The notes beneath the pieces were generated by a model. The model made no database searches. It saw only the letters and a program-made list of their open reading frames with translations, and was not told where the DNA came from. DNA of 63,408 nucleotides, the filler included. It is 5 parts of 5 records of this genome, joined end to end, with 100 filler letters (N's around TTAATTAATTAA, not from the genome) between each part and the next. Parts side by side here need not be neighbours in the genome. Positions count along the whole stretch, not along the records: positions 1 to 26,648 come from SRR31156797_9401; 4 more parts are not named here. One strand, written 5' to 3'. Numbering within the stretch: position 1 is the first letter of the stretch; each line of letters begins with the position of its first letter. Below, in pieces: positions 1 to 10,061 of the stretch. A program made the translations under genes and the position numbers.

Positions 1-1
1 A

Positions 2-28
2 CCCGGAGACCTCCAAAAGGCCCCCGGG
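2..28 (-). terminator. Hairpin downstream of trpB2 (probable terminator, cut by window edge)
   Basis: Minus strand CCCGGGGGCCT-TTTGG-AGGTCTCCGGG stem-loop 17 nt after the stop; U-tract not visible. Confidence 0.5.
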
Positions 29-45
29 AAAGATTGTTGGATTGA

Positions 46-1434
46 TTAAGCCGGTTTACTTTCAGTGTATTGTTTCGGTTTGGGCAGGCCTTCAAGGTCA
101 CCCAATGACCTTTGAAGCTCCTCTTCAGCAAGCGGATAATCCTCAAGTTGTCCGCTATTATAGGCCTGGTAGGCGGCTAAATCTATTAACCCGTGGCCGC
201 TCCAATTGAAAAGGATAACCTTTTCTTTTCCTTCCTCTTTTGCCTTCTTGGCCTCCCTGATGGCCATGGCCAGGGCATGATTGGTTTCGGGCGCCGTAAC
301 GAACCCTTCGCACCTGGAAAACAGAACGCCGGCCTCAAAAGTTTCAAGCTGCGAGATCGCCTCCGCACGTATGATGCCGTCCAATAGCAGTTGGCTGTTG
401 ATGGGGGCATTACCGTGGTATCTCAACCCCCCCGCATGAATGGCCGGCGGCATGAAAGCGTGCCCCGTCGTGTGCATGGGGAAAAGGGGCGTCATACAAG
501 CAGTATCCGCAAAATCGTATGCAAAAGGCCCCCGGGTCATGGTAGGACAGGATGTCGGTTCAACGCCGATAATATCGATCTCTTTGCCGTTGATCTTATC
601 TCTGGCAAAGGGGAGCGCGACCCCTCCGAAATTACTGCCGCCGCCCGAGCAACCGATCACCACATCGGGGTAATCCCCGGCAATGGCCATCTGCTTCTGG
701 CACTCAAGGCCGATTATGGTCTGGTGCATCAGGACATGGTTAAGGGCGCTACCGAGACAGTACTTGGCGTCAGGATCTGCGACCACACGCTCCACCCCTT
801 CGCTGATGGCGATGCCGAGGCTTCCCATGTTATCCGGATCTCTGGCAAGGATATCCCGGCCGACCTGCGTTTCGGTGGAGGGACTGGCGACGCACTCACC
901 ACCCCAAGTCTCCATCATGATACGCCTGTAGGGTTTCTGGTTAAAGCTGATCTTGACCATATAAACCTTGAGCGGAAGTCCGAATAAGGCACAGCAAAAA
1001 GAGAGGGCGCTTCCCCATTGACCGGCGCCTGTCTCCGTGTAAATCCGTTTTGTGCCAGCCATCTTGTTATAATAGGCCTGTGCGATGGCCGTATTCGGTT
1101 TATGGCTCCCGGCAGGACTCACGCCTTCATTCTTGAAGTAGATCTTGGCGGGGGTATCCAGATATTCCTCGAGGGCATAGGCCCGATAGAGGGGCGATGG
1201 CCTCCAGATCAAATATTTTTCCATGACCTCTTCCGGGATCGGGATCTCCCCCTCCCGGCTCACCTCCTGCTCTATTAGCGCCATGGGAAGAAGCGGTTCC
1301 AGGTCAGCCGGCCCAACGGGCTCACCGGTGCCCGGGTGAAGGGGTGCTTCCATGGGGGTCGGCATATCTGCCTGGATGTTGTACCAGTAGGTTGGCATTT
1401 CCGACTCGGGGAGAAAAATCTTCTTTGTCTTCAT
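46..1434 (-). CDS. trpB2: TrpB2-type tryptophan synthase beta-like PLP enzyme
   Basis: [13 protein letters not shown]-lysine motif, [27 protein letters not shown]; long N-terminus typical of TrpB2; no trpA adjacent; GGAGGAG RBS. Confidence 0.92.
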   Translation of the reverse strand: MKTKKIFLPESEMPTYWYNIQADMPTPMEAPLHPGTGEPVGPADLEPLLPMALIEQEVSREGEIPIPEEVMEKYLIWRPSPLYRAYALEEYLDTPAKIYFKNEGVSPAGSHKPNTAIAQAYYNKMAGTKRIYTETGAGQWGSALSFCCALFGLPLKVYMVKISFNQKPYRRIMMETWGGECVASPSTETQVGRDILARDPDNMGSLGIAISEGVERVVADPDAKYCLGSALNHVLMHQTIIGLECQKQMAIAGDYPDVVIGCSGGGSNFGGVALPFARDKINGKEIDIIGVEPTSCPTMTRGPFAYDFADTACMTPLFPMHTTGHAFMPPAIHAGGLRYHGNAPINSQLLLDGIIRAEAISQLETFEAGVLFSRCEGFVTAPETNHALAMAIREAKKAKEEGKEKVILFNWSGHGLIDLAAYQAYNSGQLEDYPLAEEELQRSLGDLEGLPKPKQYTESKPA

Positions 1435-1564
1435 GACTCCTCCTTATTTTTCGTTGGTTGTCGCCCATGTCTGTGCGTTCAATTGCCACAGACCACCTCT
1501 TACCCATAAGTACTACTGAACCAGCACCTCGGCCCAGACAAAACCCAGAACATGCCTGTAAATT

Positions 1565-1600
1565 AATTTTTAATTTAATTCAATGCAATATGCTTGTCAA
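1565..1600 (-). promoter_or_regulatory. Sigma70 promoter of trpB2 with overlapping AT-rich operator-like site
   Basis: Minus strand TTGACA (1595-1600), 17 nt, TAAATT. Confidence 0.6.
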
Positions 1601-1985
1601 GAAAAAAGAGCATGCACCACAGCCCTCAAGATAAATCTCAAATATTTGATTTAATATTATAAAACCAAGCTGTAAAATGGCTACAGGCGTAATGCACCCA
1701 CCATATTTTTTTGACATGAAAAAGATAAAGGTCACCACAAATTAAAATAATACAAAATTTAATTTCATCTCCCCGTCATACGAAATGGCAACCTTCAATT
1801 GCTCTTCTTCCATCGGTCCAGGCAAACAGAAGACCCATATAAAATCAGGTTTCATGTTGTTGGTTTTCGGTTGAAAGAAGCGGGCTCAAGCCCGTTATCT
1901 TTGAAAAGGAACCTTTTACGGTTGGAAGGATGAGTCCGGAAAATGGTGATGGTTTCACCACGGACAAGGGGCCTATACTTTCCGT

Positions 1986-2858
1986 TTAGATTTTCGCCCT
2001 TAGCAGGCCTTCGGGTTTGAAGAATAACACCAACATAAGAATGGCAAACACCACCACATCCGTAAGATATGAAGCAATGATTCCTGCGCTCAAGGCTTCG
2101 GCCAGACCCATAATGAGTCCGCCTAATAAAGCGCCCCAAATATTTCCCAGCCCCCCGATAACAGCGCCTGCAATGCCTTTGATGGCCAGGGGAACACCTT
2201 TCTGGTATTGCATGAGGGCAATGGGAGAAATCAGAATCCCCCCTATGGCGCCTATCCCGGCCGACATGGCAAAACTGAGCATCCCCATCCTGTCCACATT
2301 AATACCCATGAGCATGGAAGCCTCGTGGCTCTCGGAGCAAGCGGTGCTCGCCTTGCCCCAGATGGTCTTATCAAAAAAGAATTTTAGAATGATCGTTATG
2401 ATGATTGCGGCGACAAATACCGGGATGACCTGGGAGTTGATTGAAGCGCCAAAGAGGTCAATTGACCCTGTTTTTACAAACGCCGGCAATGTGTAATCAT
2501 CAGTCCCCCAGATCAAATAGGCAACCCCTTGGAGAAACATGGATCCGGCAATCGTAATGAGAATCATCCTGACAGGTTCGGCTTTCCCAAGGACTTTTAT
2601 GGCGCCCAGATGAAACAACATGCCGGTAATCGTCACGGCCAAGACACCTACGATTAGTGCAATTCCAAGCGATGACCCGAACACGGAGGTCATTGAAATG
2701 GCGACCATTCCTCCAAGCATCAGGAACTCGCCCTGTGCAAAGTTGAGCACGGTGGTCACCCTGTAGATAAAGGAAAACCCGATGCCTACCATGGCGTATA
2801 TGGACCCCATGGTGAGACCCGATATTATAAACTGCGTATAGAGGGAAAGGGTATCCAA
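1986..2858 (-). CDS. livH: Branched-chain amino acid-type ABC permease (LivH family)
   Basis: GLTMGSIYAMVGIG...VLNFAQGEF, GGLGNIWGALLGG, KPEGL; TTG start. Confidence 0.88.
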   Translation of the reverse strand: MDTLSLYTQFIISGLTMGSIYAMVGIGFSFIYRVTTVLNFAQGEFLMLGGMVAISMTSVFGSSLGIALIVGVLAVTITGMLFHLGAIKVLGKAEPVRMILITIAGSMFLQGVAYLIWGTDDYTLPAFVKTGSIDLFGASINSQVIPVFVAAIIITIILKFFFDKTIWGKASTACSESHEASMLMGINVDRMGMLSFAMSAGIGAIGGILISPIALMQYQKGVPLAIKGIAGAVIGGLGNIWGALLGGLIMGLAEALSAGIIASYLTDVVVFAILMLVLFFKPEGLLRAKI

Positions 2859-2980
2859 ATCATGTCTCTCCTAAAATGTCTAATTTCTTATGGATTCAAG
2901 GTACCAAAAAGTAATATCCAACAAACCCTGTCTTTACAACATGGCCATTGAAAGCCTAATGCGAACCTGTCTATAATAAT

Positions 2981-3010
2981 TAAGGAAGACCCACGGAAGG
3001 GCCTTCCTTA
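2981..3010 (-). terminator. Intercistronic stem-loop after the substrate-binding protein gene
   Basis: TAAGGAAG...CTTCCTTA inverted repeat 8 nt after stop; typical mRNA stabiliser or partial terminator. Confidence 0.5.
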
Positions 3011-3018
3011 TTGAAGCA

Positions 3019-4194
3019 TCAGAACGCCGGAACCCATTCACCGTTCTCGATTTTCATGACTGAGGCCTGATCAACCCCAATACCCCTGTGATCGAGATCG
3101 CTGAAGGTATAATCGGCCTGTATTCCTTCGAGCTTGTGATTCTCAGCATAATCCCTTATCTTCTCGCCATCTGTTCCAACAGCCTTCATGGCATTGATAA
3201 ACATCAGAGCCGTATCGTAGCCACACGGTGCAAAAAACATGCTCCTTGGCTTTTTGCCGAATTTTGCCTCATATTTCTTGACAAAATCCTGGATCCGGCT
3301 TTTTTGTGGGTTGTTGTCCTTCAGGGATCCCACATAATTGGATATGGCGCCCACGGTATAGACATTAACGGTATTTTCCCCAAGAAGCTTTATGAACTTC
3401 TTGGAAAGGTTTGCATCTGAAGTCATCATCGGAACATCTTTCATACCCACCTGATCCCTGTTTTTAACAAGGATAGTCGCCGGGCCTCCTGACGCCATGG
3501 TCCCGATGCTGTCCGCACCCGCGGCCTTGATCTTGGACATCTGGGTCGTGAAATCGGTTCCTTTGTTGTCAAATTTCTCCTTAATGACGAGTTCCATGCC
3601 ATATTTCTTCGCCCATTTCTCATACATTGCCGCTGATAAATCTCCCATCTGGGAAAGAGGCTCAATGTTGCCAAGTTTCTTGTAACCTTTTTTCTTAAGC
3701 CATATGGTCTTCACCTCATCCTGTCTGGGAGTTCCAATACTCATGGCCCAAGTATAACATTTCTTACCCTTTTTTTTGTATTCCGGCAGAATCACGGCGT
3801 TAATCTGGATGCCCCCGGAAACGGCGGCGTAGGGAATTTTGTATTTTTCCGCCAGCGGCATTACCGTCTGGGTCGACTGGGTAATAACGGGCCCGCAGAT
3901 GGCCGCCACCTTGTCTTTCTTGATCAACTTTTCAAAGACGGTCCTCGCGGTATCCGGATTTGTCTTTGTATCGTAAACCACAAGTTCAATTTGTTTTCCG
4001 TTGATTCCCCCCTTTGCATTGGCTTCATCCACAGCCAATTTGGCGCCGTTGACGCAGTCTTCACCAATCCAACCGATCCGGCCCGTCATGCTGTAGGCAG
4101 CCCCCAGCTTGATGGTATCCGCGGCAAAAACAATGCCTCCGAAAAAAGTAAGGGCAGACAAGCACACAGCCATCGCGAAAAGTCTTTTCTTCAT
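3019..4194 (-). CDS. ABC substrate-binding protein, Leu/Ile/Val-binding (PBP type 1) family
   Basis: Signal peptide MKKRLF...VFA, IKLGAAYSMTG, NAKGGINGKQIELVVYD; ATG 4194 preceded by GGAGG. Confidence 0.88.
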   Translation of the reverse strand: MKKRLFAMAVCLSALTFFGGIVFAADTIKLGAAYSMTGRIGWIGEDCVNGAKLAVDEANAKGGINGKQIELVVYDTKTNPDTARTVFEKLIKKDKVAAICGPVITQSTQTVMPLAEKYKIPYAAVSGGIQINAVILPEYKKKGKKCYTWAMSIGTPRQDEVKTIWLKKKGYKKLGNIEPLSQMGDLSAAMYEKWAKKYGMELVIKEKFDNKGTDFTTQMSKIKAAGADSIGTMASGGPATILVKNRDQVGMKDVPMMTSDANLSKKFIKLLGENTVNVYTVGAISNYVGSLKDNNPQKSRIQDFVKKYEAKFGKKPRSMFFAPCGYDTALMFINAMKAVGTDGEKIRDYAENHKLEGIQADYTFSDLDHRGIGVDQASVMKIENGEWVPAF

Positions 4195-4281
4195 GATCCC
4201 CTCCAATTTTGTGATTTACGTTCCATCTAAACATTCCCCATGCACACCTAAGAAATCATATCACCTCCTTTGCCAAAAGAA

Positions 4282-4995
4282 TTAGGCTCCCATATAGGCT
4301 CTGACGACTTTTTCATCGTTCAAGAGTTCTTGGCTCTCCCCTTCCATGACGACCGATCCCGTCTCCAGAATATACCCTCTGTTGGAAATCTCCATGGCAG
4401 CCCTGACATTCTGTTCAACAAGCAGGATTGGGAGCCCTTCCCCATGAAGATTTTTAATAACGTCGAACATCGTGTTGACGATAATTGGGGCAAGGCCAAG
4501 GGATGGCTCATCAAGCATGAGCAATTTGGGTCTCCCCATGAGCCCCCTTCCGATGGCCAGCATCTGCTGCTCCCCTCCTGAAAGGGTTCCCGCTTTCTGC
4601 TTCTTCCTGTTTTTCAGTCGGGGAAAGAAATCGTAAACATTGCCCAATTCCCTTTTCAAATCCGCCTTCTTTGACTTGAAATAGTGGGAAAACGCGCCCA
4701 GAAGAAGGTTATCTTCAACCGAGAGTTCCTTTATGATCAATCGACCCTCAGGGATTTGTATAATTCCCTCACGGGTTATCTTCATGGATCCGAGCTTTGT
4801 AAGATCGATTCCCTGGAAAAGCTTGTTCCCTTTCCAAATGGGGATAATGCCGGAAATGGCCCGCATGAGGGTTGTTTTGCCGGCGCCATTGGCCCCCACA
4901 ACAGAGACAATTTCAGCCGTCTCAACTTTGATGGATACATCTTTAAGCACCCGTAATTTCCCATATCCGGTTGTAATATTGTTCAGCTCAAGCAA
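4282..4995 (-). CDS. livF: ABC ATP-binding protein (LivF family)
   Basis: GANGAGKTT, LSGGEQQMLAIGR, LDEPSLGLAP; likely TTG start at 4995 after GGAG. Confidence 0.9.
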   Translation of the reverse strand: MLELNNITTGYGKLRVLKDVSIKVETAEIVSVVGANGAGKTTLMRAISGIIPIWKGNKLFQGIDLTKLGSMKITREGIIQIPEGRLIIKELSVEDNLLLGAFSHYFKSKKADLKRELGNVYDFFPRLKNRKKQKAGTLSGGEQQMLAIGRGLMGRPKLLMLDEPSLGLAPIIVNTMFDVIKNLHGEGLPILLVEQNVRAAMEISNRGYILETGSVVMEGESQELLNDEKVVRAYMGA

Positions 4996-5764
4996 GGTCC
5001 TTCTCCTTCCCGAGATAGACCTCAATCACCTTTTCGTTATTCAGAATACTCTGAGGGTCGCCTTCAGCAATCTTGGTCCCGAAATTTAAAACCATTATCT
5101 GATCGGAAATGGTCATTATCAATTTCATGTTATGTTCGACAATTATTTGTGTAATCTTCTGTTCCTTGGTCTTGAAAATGATCTCCTGTAGGTTATCCAT
5201 TTCCCGATCATTGAGTCCTGCGCCGGGTTCGTCCAAAAGCAAAAGACTCGGTTTTGCGGCAAGCGCACGTGCAATTTCAAGAAGCTTTTGCTCGCCTAGA
5301 GCAAGCGATTCCACTTCATCATCGTCTTTACCTTCAAGCCCCACAAAGGCCAACATTTCTCTGGCAAACGCTTCGATGGTACGCTCTTCTCGTCTGCTCG
5401 CCTTAAAATTAAAGATGGCGCGTGCATATCTCGGTGAGACCCATCCATGACAGCCCACAGCGACGTTTTCGAGAACCGTCAGGTTATTGAACAGACGAAC
5501 ATTCTGGAATGTTCGGGCAACGCCTTTGACCGCAATGGCGTGGGGGAGATTATGGGTGATTGCTTCATTCTCAAAGACAATTTCTCCTTCATAATCCCTG
5601 TCAAATCCTGATATGAGGTTAAACAGCGTCGTCTTTCCGGCGCCGTTGGGCCCGATAATGGAAAAGATCACCCCACTTTCCACGTCGAAATCCACCCTGT
5701 GCAGGGCCTGAAGCCCCCCGAAGTACTTTGTAATTGAACGGCCGTTCAAAATGGAATCATTCAT
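4988..5764 (-). CDS. livG: ABC ATP-binding protein (LivG family)
   Basis: GPNGAGKTT, ARTFQNVRLF, LLDEPGAG, VIEVYLG. Confidence 0.9.
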   Translation of the reverse strand: MNDSILNGRSITKYFGGLQALHRVDFDVESGVIFSIIGPNGAGKTTLFNLISGFDRDYEGEIVFENEAITHNLPHAIAVKGVARTFQNVRLFNNLTVLENVAVGCHGWVSPRYARAIFNFKASRREERTIEAFAREMLAFVGLEGKDDDEVESLALGEQKLLEIARALAAKPSLLLLDEPGAGLNDREMDNLQEIIFKTKEQKITQIIVEHNMKLIMTISDQIMVLNFGTKIAEGDPQSILNNEKVIEVYLGKEKDLA

Positions 5765-5823
5765 TTTATCAATCCACAGCTAAGTTTTGTTCCCTATTAG
5801 CGTGCCCTTAGTCCCTTTATCGG

Positions 5824-6747
5824 TTACTTCAATCTCAGCAATTTATTCAAACCACCCACAAGACCACTGGGCAGAAATATAAGAATAAGCATAAATGCGA
5901 GGCCCTCCAGGAGCAGCTCCAGTCTCTCCAGATGGCCTAGGAACTCCGGCAGGGCAAATAAGATCAGTGCTCCGATAAGGCCCCCATAAATACTCCCTGC
6001 CCCTCCGAGGAAAAGCATGAGAAGAAGTTTTACTGAAAGCATGATATTGAAACTGTTGGGTGAAATAATGGCGCCGTAATGGGCGTAGAGGCTCCCTGCC
6101 AATGCCGCCAGGGCGGCGCTGAACACAAATGCCTGGATCTTGGTCCTGGGCACATTTATTCCCATACATGCAGCAGCTTCCTCATCGGTGTGAATCGCTT
6201 TCATACTTCTGCCAAGGGCTGTTTCGCCGATACGAAGGCAGACGATGACCAGGAGGAAAACGACGGTCCATACAAGGTAATAATAGCTGCGATCCGTATC
6301 GAAGCTGTAGCCCAGGATGCTCAATGGCGGTATGCCGGAGATACCGGAAGAACCCCCAAAATACTGTGTGCGAATGAGGGCCTCCACAATAAAACCGAAC
6401 CCCATGGTGGCTATGGCCAAATAATATCCTTTCAATCTTAAGGTGGGTATTCCAACTACAAAGGCGATCACGCAGGTGATGAAAATCCCCCCGGCAATGG
6501 CAAGCAGGGAAGGCCAGCCAAACCAGGTTGTTGCAATGGCCGTGGCATAAGCGCCAATGGCAAACAGCCCGTTGTGACCCAATGAAATCTGTCCGCAATA
6601 ACCCAACAACAGGTCGTACCCCACTACGATAAGGCCGTAAATGCCCGCATAAATCAGCACTGTGATCCAGTAGGAATCGGGGAATGCAAACGGAAAAAAA
6701 AATATACCGGCGATCAATATGGGCAATACAACAAAGTATGAACGCAA
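5824..6747 (-). CDS. livM: ABC permease (LivM family)
   Basis: GYCGQISLGH, LRLKGYYLAIATMGF, GRSMKAIHTDEEAA; TTG start. Confidence 0.88.
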   Translation of the reverse strand: MRSYFVVLPILIAGIFFFPFAFPDSYWITVLIYAGIYGLIVVGYDLLLGYCGQISLGHNGLFAIGAYATAIATTWFGWPSLLAIAGGIFITCVIAFVVGIPTLRLKGYYLAIATMGFGFIVEALIRTQYFGGSSGISGIPPLSILGYSFDTDRSYYYLVWTVVFLLVIVCLRIGETALGRSMKAIHTDEEAAACMGINVPRTKIQAFVFSAALAALAGSLYAHYGAIISPNSFNIMLSVKLLLMLFLGGAGSIYGGLIGALILFALPEFLGHLERLELLLEGLAFMLILIFLPSGLVGGLNKLLRLK

Positions 6748-6794
6748 TTTAACTTAACCCCCTTCTTTCTTCACAGCCTTCCCAGCAGATCCGT

Positions 6795-7400
6795 TTACGG
6801 AGATATCACATATAACGAAGGATCCGTTCCCAAATCCTTCTTGAGCTGGCGTGCGCCATCGGATTTAATGAGCCTTGAAACTTCGCTGTCAGGGTCATCA
6901 AGATCGCCAAAATATCTGGCCTTTCCCACGCAGCCTTGCACACAAACGGGCTGCTTTTTTTCTTTGAGCAGGTGAAAACAAAAAGTGCATTTCTCCACCG
7001 TCCCCAACTTGTGCTTCGCGTAGCCGATCTCTTCATTGGGCGTTAGGACGTCGCCGAAATAACCCCTTTTTTCATCATTATAATAGCGGGCCCCATAAGG
7101 GCAGGCCTCAATGCAATATTTGCACCCCACACATTTGTCGTAATCGACCAAGACGAATCCGTCTTCGCGCTTGTAGCTTGCGCCCGTGGGGCATACATCA
7201 ACACACGGGGGTTCGGCGCAGTGGGCGCACTGCACGGGCAAGAATATTCGGGAGACATTGGGATACTTTCCGAACTCCTGATCCTTCACAATATTCCAGA
7301 ATATGCCCGGCCGGGTGCCGTTTTCCACCTTGCACGCGATGGTGCAGGTCATGCAGCCGATGCATCTCTCAAGGTCTATCACCAATCCGTATCTCGCCAT
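6795..7400 (-). CDS. 4x[4Fe-4S] electron-transfer subunit (DmsB/PadC/NrfC family)
   Basis: CIGCMTCTIAC, CAHCAEPPCVDVCP, CVGCKYCIEACPY, KCTFC...PVCVQGC. Confidence 0.9.
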   Translation of the reverse strand: MARYGLVIDLERCIGCMTCTIACKVENGTRPGIFWNIVKDQEFGKYPNVSRIFLPVQCAHCAEPPCVDVCPTGASYKREDGFVLVDYDKCVGCKYCIEACPYGARYYNDEKRGYFGDVLTPNEEIGYAKHKLGTVEKCTFCFHLLKEKKQPVCVQGCVGKARYFGDLDDPDSEVSRLIKSDGARQLKKDLGTDPSLYVISP

Positions 7401-7417
7401 TTAACCTTATCTCCCTC

Positions 7418-10024
7418 CTATGCCCTGTAAACCTTAACCTTGATGGAAAACCCTTGCTGGTTGCCGGTCATGGGATCCGTCCAGGCAGGATCAATGGGCA
7501 ACAGCGTCGACAGGGTAACCCGTCCGGTATCTTTGGCGATTGGCATCCCCCACTGGCCGAATTGGCCGGCCATCAGAAGCGTGTCCGGACGTATCCCCTG
7601 GCGCAGGGTTACCCTCCCGTTTACCCTGGCCACCGGGGATTCAACCCATATGGCGTCGCCCTCTTTGATTCCTCGCGACTCCGCTGCATCGGAATTCATG
7701 ACGATATTTGTCTGATCAGGCAATTGCTCGGCCAGTTCGTTCATCCATGGGAGCCCCAGATTTGACCCGTAACTGAACATGATGGGCCTACAGGTGGTCA
7801 CAAAAAAATCGTACTCGGCAGGGACTTCATCCAGTTTTGAGGGAAAGTACGTGGGAAGCGCCGTATATTCATCCGTCGGCCACCAGTCAATCCCCTTTTC
7901 AGCCAAATTGCGGCCCAGCTCCTCACCCGTCCTTTTCACCTCCTCCATGTAGGGAACGGGGTATCGCAACCCTTGCGCCTTCATGCCCGGATGGATGTCG
8001 TACTGATCTTCCGCCTGGGCCGGACGGGTCATGGCGCCGTGCTTCTTGAACCACTCAAGATCATGGGTCCCATTGGTATAATGTTTGCAGCACCTGTCCG
8101 AAATTTCCTCCCATGTGTATCTTTTCCCCTTTTCCAACTTGTACTGTTCGGAAAGGCCGAGCTTTTGATTGAACACCCTATTCATCTCATCTGAAAAACC
8201 CGTTCGATGGGCCAGTTCCAGAAGGATATCGTTGATATTCATGGCATTTACGGGATTTACCACCGGCTGGGCCAGGGCCAGCATGAAGTACTTCTTGTGG
8301 CATGCGTTCCTGATGTTGAAATAGGGCATGTATCGCTCAAACTCAATCTGCTCCGGAATAACCATATCCGCATAATCGGACACTTCATCCATAACGTAAG
8401 AGATGCTCACCACAAAGGGTATCCGTTCCAAGACCTCTATGATCACTTCCGGGTTGCCCAGGGCCAACAGGGGATTGGTGCGGTATCTTATCCACACATC
8501 GGGGGGCTCTGGAACCGGCAAATTTTTGGGAGGCCGCGCCAGGTTTCGCCAGTTGAGATGATCCATCTGGAAATGAAATTCCCCCGGATCATCATATGGC
8601 GGCTTGGCATGGGCATAGTCGGACATGGGGCACAGGGTTTCGATGGCGCCATAGGATATGGGCGGCCAGATGAAAGGGTAGTGGTGCACGTCCCGCATCC
8701 CGTCTTTCCCGGGGATGATGCCCGCATCCAGGCCGTATTGTTTCCACAAAATGTCGCCTTTTCGTTTGCCTTTTGCGAATGTGCTGCCGCCCATGTGCCC
8801 GCCGGGGACCTCCATGGAACCCACCAAAGCTGCAAGAACGTGGTTGGCCAGTATGGTTTGGTAAGACCGCATGACCCCCGTGGGCCCCCTCCCGATCTTG
8901 GTGGCAACAGGCCTGTAGGGCAATGTTATGCCGTCCAGCTCAATGTTGCTGCCGATGCATGCGTTTTCCACCCATTCTCCGGCGATCCGTCTTATGGCAG
9001 CAGCTGAAATATCCGTGATTTCCGAAGCCCATTCAGGGGTATATCCCGCAACATGTTCTTTGAGTGCCTGAAAGGCCGGTCGGCATTCCGTCCCTTCCAC
9101 CTTGAAGGCGCCTTCCAGGCCCGGGTCCTTGATGGTCTCATCATCGTATGGCTTTGCTTTTTCTGCCGCCGAATCCCATATGAGGACCTTGCCTGTATCC
9201 TTGTCCCTTGCGAAATACCCATCCGGCCCCACAAGGTATGGCGAGTTGGTCATCTCCTTCAAATATGGCGCATCGTAAACCCCCAGCTCGTTCACAATGA
9301 CATGGATCATGGACAGCATGAAGGGTAGATCCGTGCAGGGTTTGATGGGAACCCATTCATCCGCTTTGGCGGCGGTCACGGAAAAAACCGGATCAATGAC
9401 CACCGTCTTCATCCCCCTCTTTCTTGCGTCGGAGAAGAGGACGCCTTCAGGCGTCCCCCCGGAAGCGGACGTATTGCTGCCGATGAGTAAGAGATATTTG
9501 CAGTGTTCCAAGTCGGGCTCGCATTGAAAAGCGCCGTGTATTCTGTTGGAAAAGGCGTGTTCGCTCTGGTCGCACCGCGTGGAGCGCCCGCCTATGAGCG
9601 ATTGCGTCGGACCAAAGGCTTGAAAAAAGGGTCGCCATCCGGCCTGACGCATGGCGCCGATTCCGCCGCCTTCCGCAAGCTTTCTCGTATCATCGGCCCT
9701 GACCTTTTTCAGTTTTTCCGCAATGGCGTCCAGGGCCTCGTCCCAGCTTATTTCAACCCACTTGGGGTCCACCCCACGACCTTTTTCGGGGTTCGTCCTT
9801 TTGAGAGGGCCTTTGATCCGGTTCGGGTTATAGATTTTTTGAATCACGCCGAACGATTTCGGACAGAGGCGGCCCTGGTTTTTAACCTGGCGCTCAAAAT
9901 CCTCCAGTTGGGTGTTGGGTTCAACACCTACAGCGACCCCGTCGACCCTGTGCACCCTCAGGAGGCAGGGTGCGTCCGCGCACTGCGACTCACATAATGT
10001 GGTGATCCACACATCTTCCTTCAT
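7418..10024 (-). CDS. Mo/W-bisPGD oxidoreductase catalytic subunit, PadB (phenylacetyl-CoA:acceptor oxidoreductase)-like, cytoplasmic
   Basis: N-terminal 4-Cys cluster motif, GPLKRTNPEKGRG-DP-WVEISWDEAL, ADEWVPIKP, C-terminal molybdopterin-dinucleotide domain with GQFGQW; no Tat signal. Confidence 0.8.
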   Translation of the reverse strand: MKEDVWITTLCESQCADAPCLLRVHRVDGVAVGVEPNTQLEDFERQVKNQGRLCPKSFGVIQKIYNPNRIKGPLKRTNPEKGRGVDPKWVEISWDEALDAIAEKLKKVRADDTRKLAEGGGIGAMRQAGWRPFFQAFGPTQSLIGGRSTRCDQSEHAFSNRIHGAFQCEPDLEHCKYLLLIGSNTSASGGTPEGVLFSDARKRGMKTVVIDPVFSVTAAKADEWVPIKPCTDLPFMLSMIHVIVNELGVYDAPYLKEMTNSPYLVGPDGYFARDKDTGKVLIWDSAAEKAKPYDDETIKDPGLEGAFKVEGTECRPAFQALKEHVAGYTPEWASEITDISAAAIRRIAGEWVENACIGSNIELDGITLPYRPVATKIGRGPTGVMRSYQTILANHVLAALVGSMEVPGGHMGGSTFAKGKRKGDILWKQYGLDAGIIPGKDGMRDVHHYPFIWPPISYGAIETLCPMSDYAHAKPPYDDPGEFHFQMDHLNWRNLARPPKNLPVPEPPDVWIRYRTNPLLALGNPEVIIEVLERIPFVVSISYVMDEVSDYADMVIPEQIEFERYMPYFNIRNACHKKYFMLALAQPVVNPVNAMNINDILLELAHRTGFSDEMNRVFNQKLGLSEQYKLEKGKRYTWEEISDRCCKHYTNGTHDLEWFKKHGAMTRPAQAEDQYDIHPGMKAQGLRYPVPYMEEVKRTGEELGRNLAEKGIDWWPTDEYTALPTYFPSKLDEVPAEYDFFVTTCRPIMFSYGSNLGLPWMNELAEQLPDQTNIVMNSDAAESRGIKEGDAIWVESPVARVNGRVTLRQGIRPDTLLMAGQFGQWGMPIAKDTGRVTLSTLLPIDPAWTDPMTGNQQGFSIKVKVYRA

Positions 10025-10061
10025 CTGAATCTTCCTCTTTTCCTACCTGGGACAGGGAAAT

